Source: Takakia lepidozioides (taxonomy: Eukaryota; Plantae; Bryophyta). From it: a stretch of DNA of 64,000 bases. The stretch covers positions 48,980,001 through 49,044,000 of the forward strand of contig CM060734.1 in assembly GCA_030704615.1 (NCBI GenBank). The letters are read 5' to 3'. Below are positions 37,417-52,367 of the stretch, piece by piece (positions within the stretch are counted from its first letter, which is position 1; the number at the start of each line of letters is the position of its first letter). The notes under the pieces are model-generated. The model was not told the origin of the DNA and made no database searches. It saw only the letters and a program-made list of their open reading frames with translations. The position numbers and the translations under genes were made by a program.

Positions 37417-40400
37417 TCATTGGCATCGCCCTTGAGAATCATCGCTACTCTTTCCTTCACCTTTCGGTGATTTAGCCGATGCTCCAGTCACAGCACCAGT
37501 CGGCTTGTCGGCCTCCCTGTTATCCTTACTGATGATGCTCCCAACAGCATTTGCTGTGCTCTCATCCACTGACATATCACTGGCAACACTTCCTGCTGCA
37601 GCTTGCCGTTGTCTGTCTCCAGCTCCGCCTGCAACAGCTTGCGCACCTCCTTGACCACGAGGGTTGTTGGTGGTGGAAATAGCGGTGGCTAGTGAGATAG
37701 GCATCAGACACAGGCCCTTGCTCTGTAGGTACTGCATGGCTGACCCCATGTCATCCTCCATCATCCGTGCCACTTGCCGCTCAGTGAGTGCAAGACCATC
37801 CTGCGCTGGGCCTGCTGCACCAGCACTGCGGCCAATTGTTGCTGATGCAAAGTTATTCGGACCCTGTATGTCCCAACCAAATCCATCCAAGACCAGTTAT
37901 GTCACAGAGTATCTTTTGTATTCAAGATATTTTCGTTACCGAAATCATAGAAGTACTGTTTTGGAAAGGGCATCACATAACTACAACTTGTTGTTGAAGC
38001 CAGAGTTCTAGGAGACTTGCATTGAAAGCATGACCAACACACATCCAAGGAGGTAGAATATTATTGTGTAAAGTAAACCACTCAAGTGTTTACACTAACT
38101 AGAGCAACAGGCAGAAGGACAAAAGTACCTCAGAAGGGAGATCAGAAACAAGTGGGGCTACAGCACCCGCTCCTCCCAGTCGACTCATGCTCAGAACCTG
38201 CTTTGTCCAGGCCTACTGTTAGTCACTGCCACTTGTAGAAACAGCAAGCTTCACAGTTTCATTCTGGGAAACTGCTTGATCAACCAATACAAAGTTTAGC
38301 ATCACCACACTGACCAGACCAGTATCCCATTCTCGGGAAAACCCATGGGTTCAGACCAAAGGTTTTACGTACTCTTGCGCTATTTTTCCATACACCAAGG
38401 GATAAGCAAGAGGACTGACCTTTACTTGAAGTTGCAAGAACTTGACATAATCAATGATCTCATCCAGCATAGATGCCTTGTCTGTCTGCACCTCAACAAC
38501 AAACCAAATGCCTTCAGATATAGATGAGTAGAGATGGTTGATAATGTTCCATCAGTCAAAATTTGCAAATCTCTTCCCATTGATGATAGTCCAAATGTCA
38601 TCAAAGTCTGAACAACTCTGACAAATGAGCAACTGAAGGTTGGACTTCCACCACACTGCACAGGTGACAGAGGCTGTTGGATGACACCACAGACCCTGGT
38701 ATAAGAGGACCCTTACTAGACTTATATCCACCCATTGGGAACACTGAAAGTTGATTTCCTTCTTCTTAGTACATCAGAGTTCATAGCACTCATGCCAAAA
38801 ATCTGTTTGAAATCTAGGTACTAAGTTGTAAGCTAGTAGCAAACAACATTGAGCTTGTGATGTACAACTCAAGGGTCAGAATGACACTCCTGGGAGACAA
38901 CCTGAGTTCCCTGCTTTCAACCTGCAAAAGCAGATGATATACACCTTTGCAACCTGACATGCATGGCTCTGAGTGACCGTCAGATTACAAACGTCAAGTG
39001 TGGGTGGTGAAGCACCTTGTTGGAGTTGGGGACAAGCTCTTGCAGGGCTTTCATGCGCTCAGCAATGCGTTCTCTGCGAAGCTGCCATCCACCCAGACAC
39101 CATAAAGTGCCTCCCAATGTCAGCTATCCCTCTGCGCCCAAATAACCAGAACTTTCAAAGCCAAGCAGGAAATACTGTCTACTCACAACTGATCCCCTCA
39201 GAAGCATTGCCAGGCACTCCTAGACACGAGCATGCTACAACACATTAATGATCCCTGCTCCCCACACACGCTCAGTCTAGGCCAACTGCAACACAAAATC
39301 CAGTTTCAGCAGCTCTTTGTTTAATTTGGAGGGTTGAATACTCGTCAGTAGAAACAGCAGAACAGGAGGTTGTGTTGACAGAAGAACTACATCTGCAAGC
39401 TCTCACCCATGCAGATGGTGATACATAATAGAACATTAATGCTCACCCGCTCAGCAATACTGTGTGGATCAGTAGCTTGACCGCGACGGGCGCGCACACG
39501 AGGCCTGGCACCTACAGCGGGAACTGCTTGAGGCTGTCCGCCACCTCCCTGCCCTCCATATCCTTGCACTGAAGGCAAGGCCGCGGTCCCGTTGCCCTGC
39601 AATCGACGAATCACGATCACTCTTCAAGAAAAAATCCCCAAGTAGAAATGTTGAAGTGCATACAGCAACGCATTCATGGCACTAATCATTTGGAGCCTTC
39701 TTTGACTTCACTTGAGTAGTCCTCGCGCTCATATTACCAGCCCACTTCACTTGTGCTGGAGTCCTGATTATAATGTAAACGCTCGCTAACAGATATCAAG
39801 ATGGATTGGTTCGTTCCAGACAAGGATTAAGGGACTGTATAACCAAAGAATGTGCCAGTTGGCTGGAACCGTGAGCGCGACAGACAGGCTGGCCTAAATT
39901 GTGATCAACTTTTGAGCTGATCTTTTGCAGTGATCTCTATTCCACCGTGAGACCTACCCTTCTTTTCCACTGTACACAGTTGTCTTTCAGATTCTGGGGT
40001 GGAACTTTTGACATCCCACACCTACGTGAGGATGCTGCAGTGTCCTAACGAGTACATCACAAGCGAGAACCACCGAGCCGTAGCCTTCCCTCAGGAGAGA
40101 CTCAAAGGTGAAATTGGAGTGGCTCCGCACTTTCCATTTTCACACAGTGCGTTCCCTTCATGCAAGTCCACTACCGAAGGGATGGGTGGGTGTAGGTCCT
40201 CAAGAAGGACCACAAACATTTTTCCAACCCCGTGCGATCCGGTCACCCCCTACCGTGAAGCGAAGATGATTGACACTGTGTGCAACACAGAAACACACGT
40301 CTCACGAGACACGTACAGTATTTCCAGGGCGGTTGTCTCGCATGGAAGCTTCTTCATCATCCCTGAACCTTTTTCCAAGAAGATGAGCATCACTGGAGTT

Positions 40401-41240
40401 GATTTCTCCGCGAGACAACAGAGTCTCTGCCTTGGTTTGAGCAAGTGTCATTGGCAGGGGAGGAACCCCACCCGCATACGGTTGTCGCCAGGTGGGAGCA
40501 ATAGGGGGCGGGGACTGACAGTCACCACGCACCTGCTGCCCTCCCGAATCCTCACTTCCGCTGCTCCCCAACGATGGCGACCGTGTCAGCGACGTTGTTG
40601 TTGTTGTGCGCGGGGGATTCAACTGCAGCCCAGCACCAGTCGCACCCGGACGCAGGCCTGCTTCTTGGTGGGCCACGCCCTCCATCGCACAGGCCTCGCC
40701 CGCAGGTGCTGCAGCAGCGGATGCTGCTGCATCTTGCTGCATGGCCGTCCGCTGCTGGTTCAACCTCGCCACCAGCAATGCATCGTCCGTGGAGTAGTGC
40801 ACGCTCTCCCCCACCCTCGTCGACTCTGTGACCTCCTCCCGACTCCCACCACCTCCGACTCCCATCCCTTGGTTGCCCATCGCTCCACCAAGCAGCCCAG
40901 GGGGCATGAGCGACATGGTGAAGAGCTTCTGGGCCGCAGAGCCCATGGTGTCCACCGCCATGGGCGTCGATAGCGCACTCGCATTGTACTCCCAGGGCAC
41001 CCTCCCTGTGCCTCCTCCCATATCAGACCACGCCGGCATGGCGAAGATCTGATCCAGGAATTCGTCCATCACCGGCTGCTGCTGCTCCAATTGCTCGTAG
41101 TGCAGCGCCTGGTGGTGCTGCAGCGGCGCAGCCTGGTTCAGCACGCTCGAGTTGCCTGCCATCGACATGGACACCGAGCTCAGCTGTGAGCTCCGGGACG
41201 CCGCAGCCAGCAAGGGAGCAGTCTGCATTTCTACTGACAT
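37417..41240 (-). CDS. LRL: LRL-class (subfamily XI) bHLH transcription factor, LjRHL1-like
   Basis: Model: complement(join 41240-40317, 39596-39447, 39081-39016, 38485-38420, 38197-38129, 37863-37417), all introns phase 0 and GT-AG. The bHLH is [20 protein letters not shown]|[22 protein letters not shown]|[22 protein letters not shown]|[12 protein letters not shown]. The LRL domain is [37 protein letters not shown], and the N-terminal [15 protein letters not shown] motif is present. The start may be 41168 (MSMAGNSS). A small extra exon in intron 1 or a last intron near the C-terminus cannot be excluded. Confidence 0.95.
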
Positions 41241-44200
41241 CCCTCCCACGCCCCCCCCCCTTGTCTCCCTCTCCTCTCCCTCCCGGGACTCCCAGGCGCA
41301 TGCTTCCCCATCCGACACACTCCCGCTGACCTGCCCGCAGTAAAAGGCGCCTGGGGTAAAAACGAAAAAAAACCGGAGCCGCTGTTTCGCCCCCCCTGCC
41401 CCACGCGGCGGGGCCCGCCCTGCCCTTCCTTTTCCTGCACGCCCGGGTCCCGCGAGTGGCCCGGCCATACGCTACGCATATTTCATCCAGTCCCGGCGAC
41501 CACTCATCCATCGGCGGAAGGATGAATCGCGCGACCGCAGCGCGCCGAAAAGTACGGCGGCCGCGGAGCGCAGTCGGTCTGCACGGCCGGGTCAACGCCC
41601 GCCCGGCAGTCGTTGTCGGACCCGCAGCACGCGCGTAGTGGCCGACATGCGCCTGCGCCTCCTTTGCCACCCCCGCTCTGTTCGCCACCCGCTCTTCTCT
41701 GCCGCTGTGCGGGCCACCCGAATCGACGTTTTGCCGGGGAGTAAACAGTGAACACGTCGCGCCGCCGGCCGGCAGCAGTGCAGTCACCTGATCTCCCGGA
41801 ACCGCGGCGCACCTCACTTATCACTGTTGTCGCCACGGATGAATGCTGTTCGGATGGATGGATGATTTTCTCTCCTCGTTTTTGGATGACAAATCGCGGG
41901 CAGCAGATTCTCCCTTTTACCTGTGTTCCATTCCTACCGTAGACCTCACATCCATTTTGATTTCACTCCCCGTAAGTAGCCCAACCATCTCCGGAAAAAC
42001 ATATGAATGTGTTTTGTAGATCGATTCCTCTCGTCAGGTTATTTTTGGTTTTCGCACGGCCCTTCGGTGGCTGGTTTTATTTTCGGAGCGATTGGGGGTG
42101 CTTGTTTTTTTGTTTCATCGGAATTGATGACACAAGGTTGTCGACGGAGGACGGAAAGTAATGTTCCTCGGCCGGAAGATTCCACCGGTTGGAGAACCTT
42201 GAGGAGCTGGTAAAAGTGGTCGCGCCGCCCCATTCAATTTAGGCACCGACGTTGCGACCAGCCATGGGATACACATAAAGAAATGAGGAGGAACTTACAA
42301 CCATCGATCTCTCATCCATGCGAACAGAAGGAAAGAAAAGAGGTGGAAGGAAAATGGAGCGGTCGGCCGACGAGCGGCCAAGCAGCCGGCGACGCGCGGA
42401 CAGATAATGCTTTCACCGACAGAACACATCCCGTCCCGGATCCTGTGCCGCCATCGCACCGTCCATCTGGCCGTCCTCTGCAGCACCGCGCGCCACATAT
42501 GTAGATAACCATCACGTGCATTCGGCGGCGCAGACGCATACATGCGCATCCGTGCATGATGACGTGGAAGGAGGAGCAGGTCAACGGCGTAACTACTACG
42601 CTCTACAGTGGTCTACTCTACACTGACGGGTTAGAACTTAGGTTAGTTTAACTACTTTTCGTCCATGCGGCTATGATAATCACATCCATTATGCACATTC
42701 ATCTATGAGAAAGAAATTCCTTTTTAAGAATAGTCACCTAATGTGTATTTATATATATATCTCTGGGATTGGAATTCACCCCAAGATTTCTGTGAATCAT
42801 ACCTATAGAGAAGATTTAGGTGACAAATATTTGTTTTCTAAAGGAAGGGGGGCATCAAATCTACGCTTTTCGGTTTGTGATCACCACGATTATCGCCGCC
42901 GCCTCGATAACGCGTAAGGGCTGAACGACCGATCAATCGTATGCACATACATGTATGCGGTAGTGTCTTCAATTTCCGGTACCCATCCAAATTTAGGTTA
43001 GCCCAATTTGGTAATGTCAATTTTGGTAAACTCGTTATGATGTCAGATACAGCCATCCCAAATTGAGCTTACCGGGGATTCTCTAATTTTCTTATGTAGT
43101 ATATGTTATACATAAGACACATAATTGCTTTATGGGTACGCGCACAATGTCCCTACTTTTTTGTGTATTTTATTTGTGTTCTAGCACTATTGCGAGGGTC
43201 AAAGTTGGTGTGCAACATGAGGACTAAGAAATTCGCACCGTGAGGAAAGTGTGACCTAGTCAAGGGAAGCTTAGCATAAAGCATATTCTCCTGGTTTATG
43301 ATAATACAGTTGTGATTAGTAAAGGTGCCCAGTGTCCACCTTCCAAATAGAAGGAAATAGCACTCGGATGAAGTGACGCACCACAAGTTACACTTTCTTG
43401 GAGTCATTGTGATTAATATCATACCGAACAATCTTACTCGAAGTTATGTTTAAAAAGAAAAGCTAAACACGGCGACTTTTCGATTCTTTTAGTTTCCTAG
43501 AGAAATACACCTCCCGGGAAAGGTCCACGTTGTTGTTGCGGTGGAGGCGAACCAAGAGAGGCACCGACGAAGGGTTCGACAATAACTATAAGAGAACATG
43601 GGAATGGGAACGCGTCTAAACTGATTCCCTTCGTTTTTCCCTCATTAATACGTAGTCGCCCTCCATCCTTTATACAGCCACTTAAGTTATATTTGGGAGC
43701 ATAGAGCATAAATATTAAGTCATCTAATTTGGAGTCAAAGACAAAGATTCCATGAAAAGGGTTGCCATATGTGCACGCTCAGGAGCCTTGTAAGTAAAAC
43801 CTGAACATTGAGTATTACTTTAAGCATGATCTAAGTACTTGTTCCCATGGGCTCTTGTGGTTACATTTTTGCTGCTATTTCTGAAGATGTCTAAATTTAC
43901 AATGTTTTGTATGGTTCCCGTTCACACCTTGCGATCCCCAGATGCTAATATCATTCATTACCCCAAGTTTGGTGTTAGATCCTTGGTTTCTTGGGAGGGG
44001 TGACTCCCTCTAGGGACTCTGCCCCAAATTGATGCTCTTTCTTGGCACCTTTCCCTTAATCATCCCCACACTAGGCATCCATATTCTCATGATTTGAACT
44101 TTTTTAGCAGTTTCTGATATTAGGCGCGTTATTATCCAAACAATCCAACAATCCGTCCTCTAATGTTGGATCTGCACTAAGTGTATGTATGAATTTATCT

Positions 44201-44349
44201 GGAGTTGTTGTATGGCTGTCTTGTTGTCCGTCTTTGCCTCACACCAACATTGAATACCATTTCTCCAGCCGTCTCCACATGGGGTACATCTTTATTTTGA
44301 CCCTTCGACTTAAACCGGAATCCACATAAGTTAAATGAAACTTATCCGT

Positions 44350-44860
44350 TGCATGCAATCCCAACGCATCGATAGCGCCATGTAATTGTAGCAGCCCACC
44401 TAAATTTTAATTTAATGTATCAAGTCGATAGCATTCAATCCCACCGTATCGACAGCGGCATCTAATTTGTAACTGCCCACCTCAATTACATCTATAGCAT
44501 GCAATCCCAACGTATGGACAGGGGTTAATCTCATTAGACGTATCTATAGCATGCAATCCCAAAAAATCAACAGCGGCATGTAATTGTGACGACCAACCTC
44601 AATGTCATTTACCGGACCGATAGCATGCAATCCCAACTAATCAGTAGCGGCATGTAATTATGACAACCAACCGCATTTCATTTAACGTATCAATAGCATG
44701 CAATCCCAACTAATCTCGAGCGGCATGTGATTGTGACGACCAACCTCAATTTCATTTAACGGATCCATAGCATGCAATCCCAACTAATCTCGAGCGGCAT
44801 GTAATTGTGATGACCAACCTCAATTTCATTTAACGTATCAACATCATGCAATCCCAACGT
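44350..44860 (+). repeat. Minisatellite, about 74-bp unit, about 7 copies
   Basis: TAGCATGCAATCCCAAC...AGCGGCATGTAATTGTGACGACCAACCTCAATTTCATTTAAC recurs at about 44350, 44429, 44495, 44546, 44621, 44694, 44768 and 44843 (partial). The 3' copies are more homogeneous. Confidence 0.92.
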
Positions 44861-47210
44861 GCCGCTAGTATGTTATTGGAATGCCCAAGTAGGGGTGGAC
44901 GACTACCCTATGCGACCAAGTCGGAAAGAATAAGAATGCACTTGCATATACCCAACCACATACCCATCTCTTTCATTGTTTTTGGGTCAGGAAGCAGTGT
45001 CTTCCTTTATCAGCCTATATGGCACTTTATGAGGTTATTTATTTTTTCCTTGTTGTAATTCTTAATTTTTTCCCTGAATAATTGTTAATAAAATTTTAAT
45101 CAGTGCTTTCCAAATAAATAAATAAATAAAAAGCAAGGCAAATGGAAAATCGGGGTGCTCCACTTGTGACGCCACCCCTCCTTCCATCATCGCACGTGTC
45201 GGCGTCCTTCGGGAGCGCCACGGGAACGGCCTGGCACTGCCCGGCACGCGCCGGGAACGGTCCGGCTCGTGCCCAGCACGCTCCGGGAACGCATTGAAGG
45301 AGACGTTGAACAGGCGGACACGCCCGGTGACGTGCGGGGCGCCGCCTGGCAGCGCCGTGTCGGTGACTGCCTGCCACTCACTAGTAACTCACCACGCACT
45401 CACTAGTAGCCGCTTACCCGACCCCTTGTCGCTTACTAGTAAAACATCACGACTCACTAGTGAGCCTGGTCGTGAGGGGTTGACCCACCGTACCCAGAGG
45501 GCCACGTGCCGTCCACGTGGCCGGGTGGAAACCGGGGCACGTCGAGCATTGATAAGCCCTAGATCCCCTACTTAAAACTTGGGTTATATATAATTATTTT
45601 GATTCATTTCATTTAATACGGTACCCGATTTGGGTCATGTTTCCCTGCCCTTGGGTTATATATAGCTGCCAACAGCGCATGGATGAGAGGATATGGATGA
45701 ATATTTCCCTTCTGGTCCTGTACTCTGCCAGGGAATGACAAACTGTCCCACTCTATTCGTGGCTATCATCCATCATTGTCAGTCCAGGTGATGATCACAT
45801 CCATATTCTATTTGGTGGGGGTGTATTTTTGTGAATTTTGTCTTCAAGATAGGAATATATTTCAGACTAAATGTTGGGCTTTTTGTTCCCCCCCTTTAAT
45901 TTCAATAACTAAATATACACCAGCGCTGCAGAAATGGAAGAAAAGGTTCCATAAACAAGTCATATTATAATAAAGAAAATGAAAACGTCGACATTGGCAG
46001 GGGAATATTGTTTTGCTTCCAATGATGAATGGATGGATTGTATAGCAATAAATCATCCCAGAAAAGTATAACTATATGTGGGCATGAATGAATGAAGTTG
46101 GTGGAAGGAATACCAGATGAATAGACTCTATTAATGGATGAATGAGAGCGATTAGCGAATGATGATGCGAGCTTTCGCATGCGAAAGAATATACATGGAG
46201 GTAAATTTGGAGCGCAAATTAATGTTTGAATCATTGGATGTATGATCAAACTATTGGGTTTATCATGCAAGGTTGATTGGATGAGCCCTTATGTCTAAAA
46301 TGATGGATGATATTAGTCACACCGAACTCTTCCATCCAGTGGACAGACCCTTAAGTGAACGGAAAACGTCCGTTGGCCACGGACAGAACTCATCGAAATG
46401 TGGCAATGTGAACGCCACGTAACCTATCGGGAAAACCAGTCGCCTACTCTCATAAACAGAAGTCGTTCCCCGTTCGATCTCTACCATCTCGCGATGCTTG
46501 CATTGCCACGTGTTGAGCCCAGACAACAGATCGGCGGTCAAGGGCGATGAAAATCCAACGGTTGAAAAGACCCATGGTCGACATGTACCTACCTCAATAG
46601 GTACCTACTCTTTAATAGACATGTACCTGCCTATGTTCCCAGCTATCTATATAGGCGTACAATGTCTGACGTTTACCGTGACAACTACGTGTACGTCCAT
46701 TGTACACATGGACCGTACTAGCACACGCGGAAAATCAAAGTATTATTAAATATTTCGTAAATTTTTATAATATTACAGTTGTACAAACTTGAAAACTGGG
46801 ATCCGTTTATTTTTGTCCCCATTCTCTTAAGAAAATAATAATAAAGTACAAATTTAAAAACAAAAGAGTACAAAATGACGTAAAACATTTTTCCAACGTA
46901 AAAAACTATTAATTAATTAATTAATTAATATTCCGGAAGAAAGGGGAGGAACCGCCGCCCTTGGGAAGTTGAGAGCGTTATGTATAATTAAGGGGAAAAA
47001 CATTAAGTGTTCTTCCGAATAAAGAGTAATTATTTATGGTTGGTGGCGCTTCATTGGCCGAGAGTCGTAAGGTAGGTAGGTGCCCCGACAGCGGCATATA
47101 CCTGGATACGTATATGTTTGATATATACGTATGTACCACCTGATAACTTATTGCGTTATAATCTTAATTATCTGTTTCCATCCACCGGGATGATCGATTT
47201 ATTCATCCAA

Positions 47211-47338
47211 CACGTGTGCTTTATTTGAATTTGAACACGATGGCAACCGTCCTCTGACGACGTGTGACAACAGGAATGGTGAACATAAAGGATGTGTACT
47301 GTGAGTTTCCGGCGGTGAATTAAGTGCCGCCACGCGTC
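47211..47338 (+). promoter_or_regulatory. ABRE/G-box plus CE3-like cluster upstream of the EUL lectin
   Basis: CACGTG (47211-47216), ACGTGTG (47260-47266) and CCACGCGT (47330-47337) lie just upstream of a TATA-like TTATAGG (about 47367) and a GA-rich leader. Confidence 0.5.
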
Positions 47339-47742
47339 AGGTAAAATCACATGAGTATCGTTTCTCTTATAGGATAACGCTCAGGCTCTGATGAGTCTAC
47401 AAATTCGAAGATCTCAAGAGCGTGTGAAATTGTGCGAGTGAGAAACACGAGTGAGAATTGAGGGAGAGAGAGAGAAGATTGAGAGAATTGAATTGTGAGC
47501 ATTCTGATCTGCAACGCAGCAGTTTGTGAGGGAGCTTTGTCGCTGAAGCGATTTCTTTGAAGGTATGTCAGTCGATTGTTGCATTGCCCTCTGTCGTTGT
47601 AGTGTGACTTGGGAGAAGGTTTGAGGTTGTGATGTATGTAGAGGGCAGGAATCGAAGGGGATGAAGTAAGTGCGGGAATGCGGGGCAGGCCTGGGCTGAT
47701 CGGTGATGATATGCGGGTGTGGTGGCGGATTGTTGTGCAGCA

Positions 47743-48601
47743 ATGACAGGAGGACATGGGCATCACTATCCGGAGGCCCCTCATTTGGGTGCCACACATG
47801 CCACTCATGGGCATGGAGGACCTGCTATTGAGCCGCAAGGGCAGCTGGTGAGGGTCTTCTGCGAAGCGAACCCTGACTTCTTCTTGACAGCTTCAGGGGA
47901 GGAAGTGATCCTTGCCCAGGGCAATCCCCATGACACGCACCAGGTGAATTACTCGCCTTTCGGATGTTTGAAGAGATTGTGCAACTGTGTGTGTGTGGTA
48001 TGCCGGACAATGGATATATGCCGCTTTGTGTTGTGTTGTGTTGAAAGAAGGGAATGTGTGATGGTGGACTGCAGATATGGATAAAGGATGAGTCCTTGGC
48101 CACCCGCTTGCACGATGAGGAGGGTTCCCCTGCGTTTGCGCTGGTGAACAAGGCAACATTCAAAGCACTCAAACACCTCAAGGCCGAGTTGAATGAGCCT
48201 GTGAGATCATCCTAAACTCTCGTTTCTCGCTGATAGTGCGGCGGCTAGCTCGTAACATGCTGGGTCTGAAGGCTTGGTGATTGTGGCTTGATATTGTCAG
48301 GCATCAGTGTAGACGAACTCTCTTCAAGGGCTCAAGGCAAACTGTAATGTCATTTCTATGGTGTGTGCAGGTGATATTGGGAACATACAATCACAATGCA
48401 GTAGATGAATCGTTCCTGTGGACCGAGAGCAAGGACGAGTGGAAAGGGTACAGGACAATTCGGTTGGTCACTAACATCCATCTCAATCTGGATGCCAACC
48501 ATGGAGACAAGAAAAGTGGGGGCGTCAAGAATGGCACAAGTCTGATCCTCTTCAAGTGGAACAAGGGAGAGAACCAAAAGTGGAAGATTGTGCCTATCTG
48601 A
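47743..48601 (+). CDS. Euonymus lectin (EUL; ricin-B-like, OSR40/EULS3-type), single domain with His-rich N-terminus, 185 aa
   Basis: join(47743-47943, 48075-48200, 48371-48601). Motifs VRVFCEANPDF.LT, D.HQ|IWIKDE, DEEG.PAFALVNKAT..ALKH, DES.LWTES.D..GYR.IR...NI.LNLDA.HGDK..GGV..GT..IL..W.KGENQ.WKIVP. A 5'UTR intron is likely (GT at about 47563, AG at 47740). Confidence 0.95.
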
Positions 48602-49185
48602 AGCCTTTCCGTAGTACAATGTTTAGAAGACAGTGAAGCGGTGATGTGTGCAGAAAACCAAGCTGTGTGTCGTGACAAAATCAAGGCTTGTGGAGGACGT
48701 GTAGGCAGGCAGATGGCTGGACATTGCATTGTTTTTGAAACTCGTAGAGAAATTTTGGCATTCCCTGCCGAACTAAATGTTGTTGATGTGAAGAGGTGTG
48801 CATACATCTCATTTTGTACAGACGTTTGTTGCTAATATACAACACGGCTGCTACTGCCATCTCCTTGTATTTGCAACGGCTTGGCAAAGAGCAGTATTTA
48901 CAGAACAAACTGAAGTAAAAAATGTAAAAAAAATTAAAAAAAATTATAAACGTTCCCAAGCCAACATCCTCAATTCTGTGATTAAAGTTGTTTACTACTT
49001 TGGAACATATAACCACTCACCCTCCAATGCCTAAACATACATAGCCAATGGTAGACAACTCCAACAACTGCAGCTACCATACAAAACACTGGGAAAAATA
49101 TCTTGTACAAACCCTTTCAAACCCTTCCATTCTGCAGTACAAAACCCTCCATTTGCACATTGAACTCTGCAGAATCTTTCACAAT

Positions 49186-51800
<2,615 letters not shown>

Positions 51801-52152
51801 CTACTTGTCTCTCCCTTGTTTGCCCAGGAACAATGTCAATCACGACACCCACAAGTTTCCCTCCACATCAACGCAATCCGAACTCTGCATGCAGATGCCA
51901 GCCATCACAGAACCATCACACGGCTACAGCAGCCAAGCGATGCCAAGGGAGAGGGACCCCACCAGCTACACTCTACATCTTCTCCTTCTCCTTCTCCTTG
52001 TCTGGGACTGGAATCCCCAACCCTGATTCTAGGTCACCCTTTGCTTCCTCCCTGCCACACTTCGCATTGAAAACTTGCAAATAAAGTTGCAGTGATTTGG
52101 CTAACTTAGAGAGTTTCAACATTTGTGTGAAGTGGACAAGTGTGTGACGCAT

Positions 52153-52367
52153 CTGGTTTCATCACGGAACAGAGTGAACGCAGTTGTGATGCATCCTTGT
52201 TTGCTGGTTTCATCACGGAACAGAGTGAACGCAGTTGTGATGCATCATTGTTTGCTGGTTTCATCACGGAACAGAGTGAACGCAGTTGTGATGCATCCTT
52301 GTTTGCTGGTTTCATCACGGAACAGAGTGAACGCAGTTGTGATGCATCCTTGTTTGCTGGTTTCATC
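52153..52367 (+). repeat. Near-perfect 51-bp minisatellite, 4.2 copies
   Basis: Unit CTGGTTTCATCACGGAACAGAGTGAACGCAGTTGTGATGCATCCTTGTTTG, with a single substitution in copy 2 and no spacers. Confidence 0.97.

Noticed and set aside
39999-40973. 324-aa plus-strand ORF and other long ORFs at 41.0-41.9 kb
   Set aside because: These are antisense or off-frame shadows of GC-rich LRL exon 1 and its leader, with no recognisable domain.
41241-41468. 76-aa N-terminal extension of LRL given by the 388-aa ORF (MAGPLAGPG...)
   Set aside because: It runs through a T-rich tract ending in CAG (FFFVF...GQ) that looks like a 5'UTR intron acceptor, so it is most likely a chance open frame in GC-rich DNA.
44350-44860. 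CRISPR-like repeat-spacer array
   Set aside because: The sequence between the conserved GCATGCAATCCCAA cores is itself homologous between copies, so this is a minisatellite.
44887-45573. TIR element bounded by AAGTAGGGG...CCCCTACTT
   Set aside because: The inverted match is only 9 bp with no TSD, which is insufficient.
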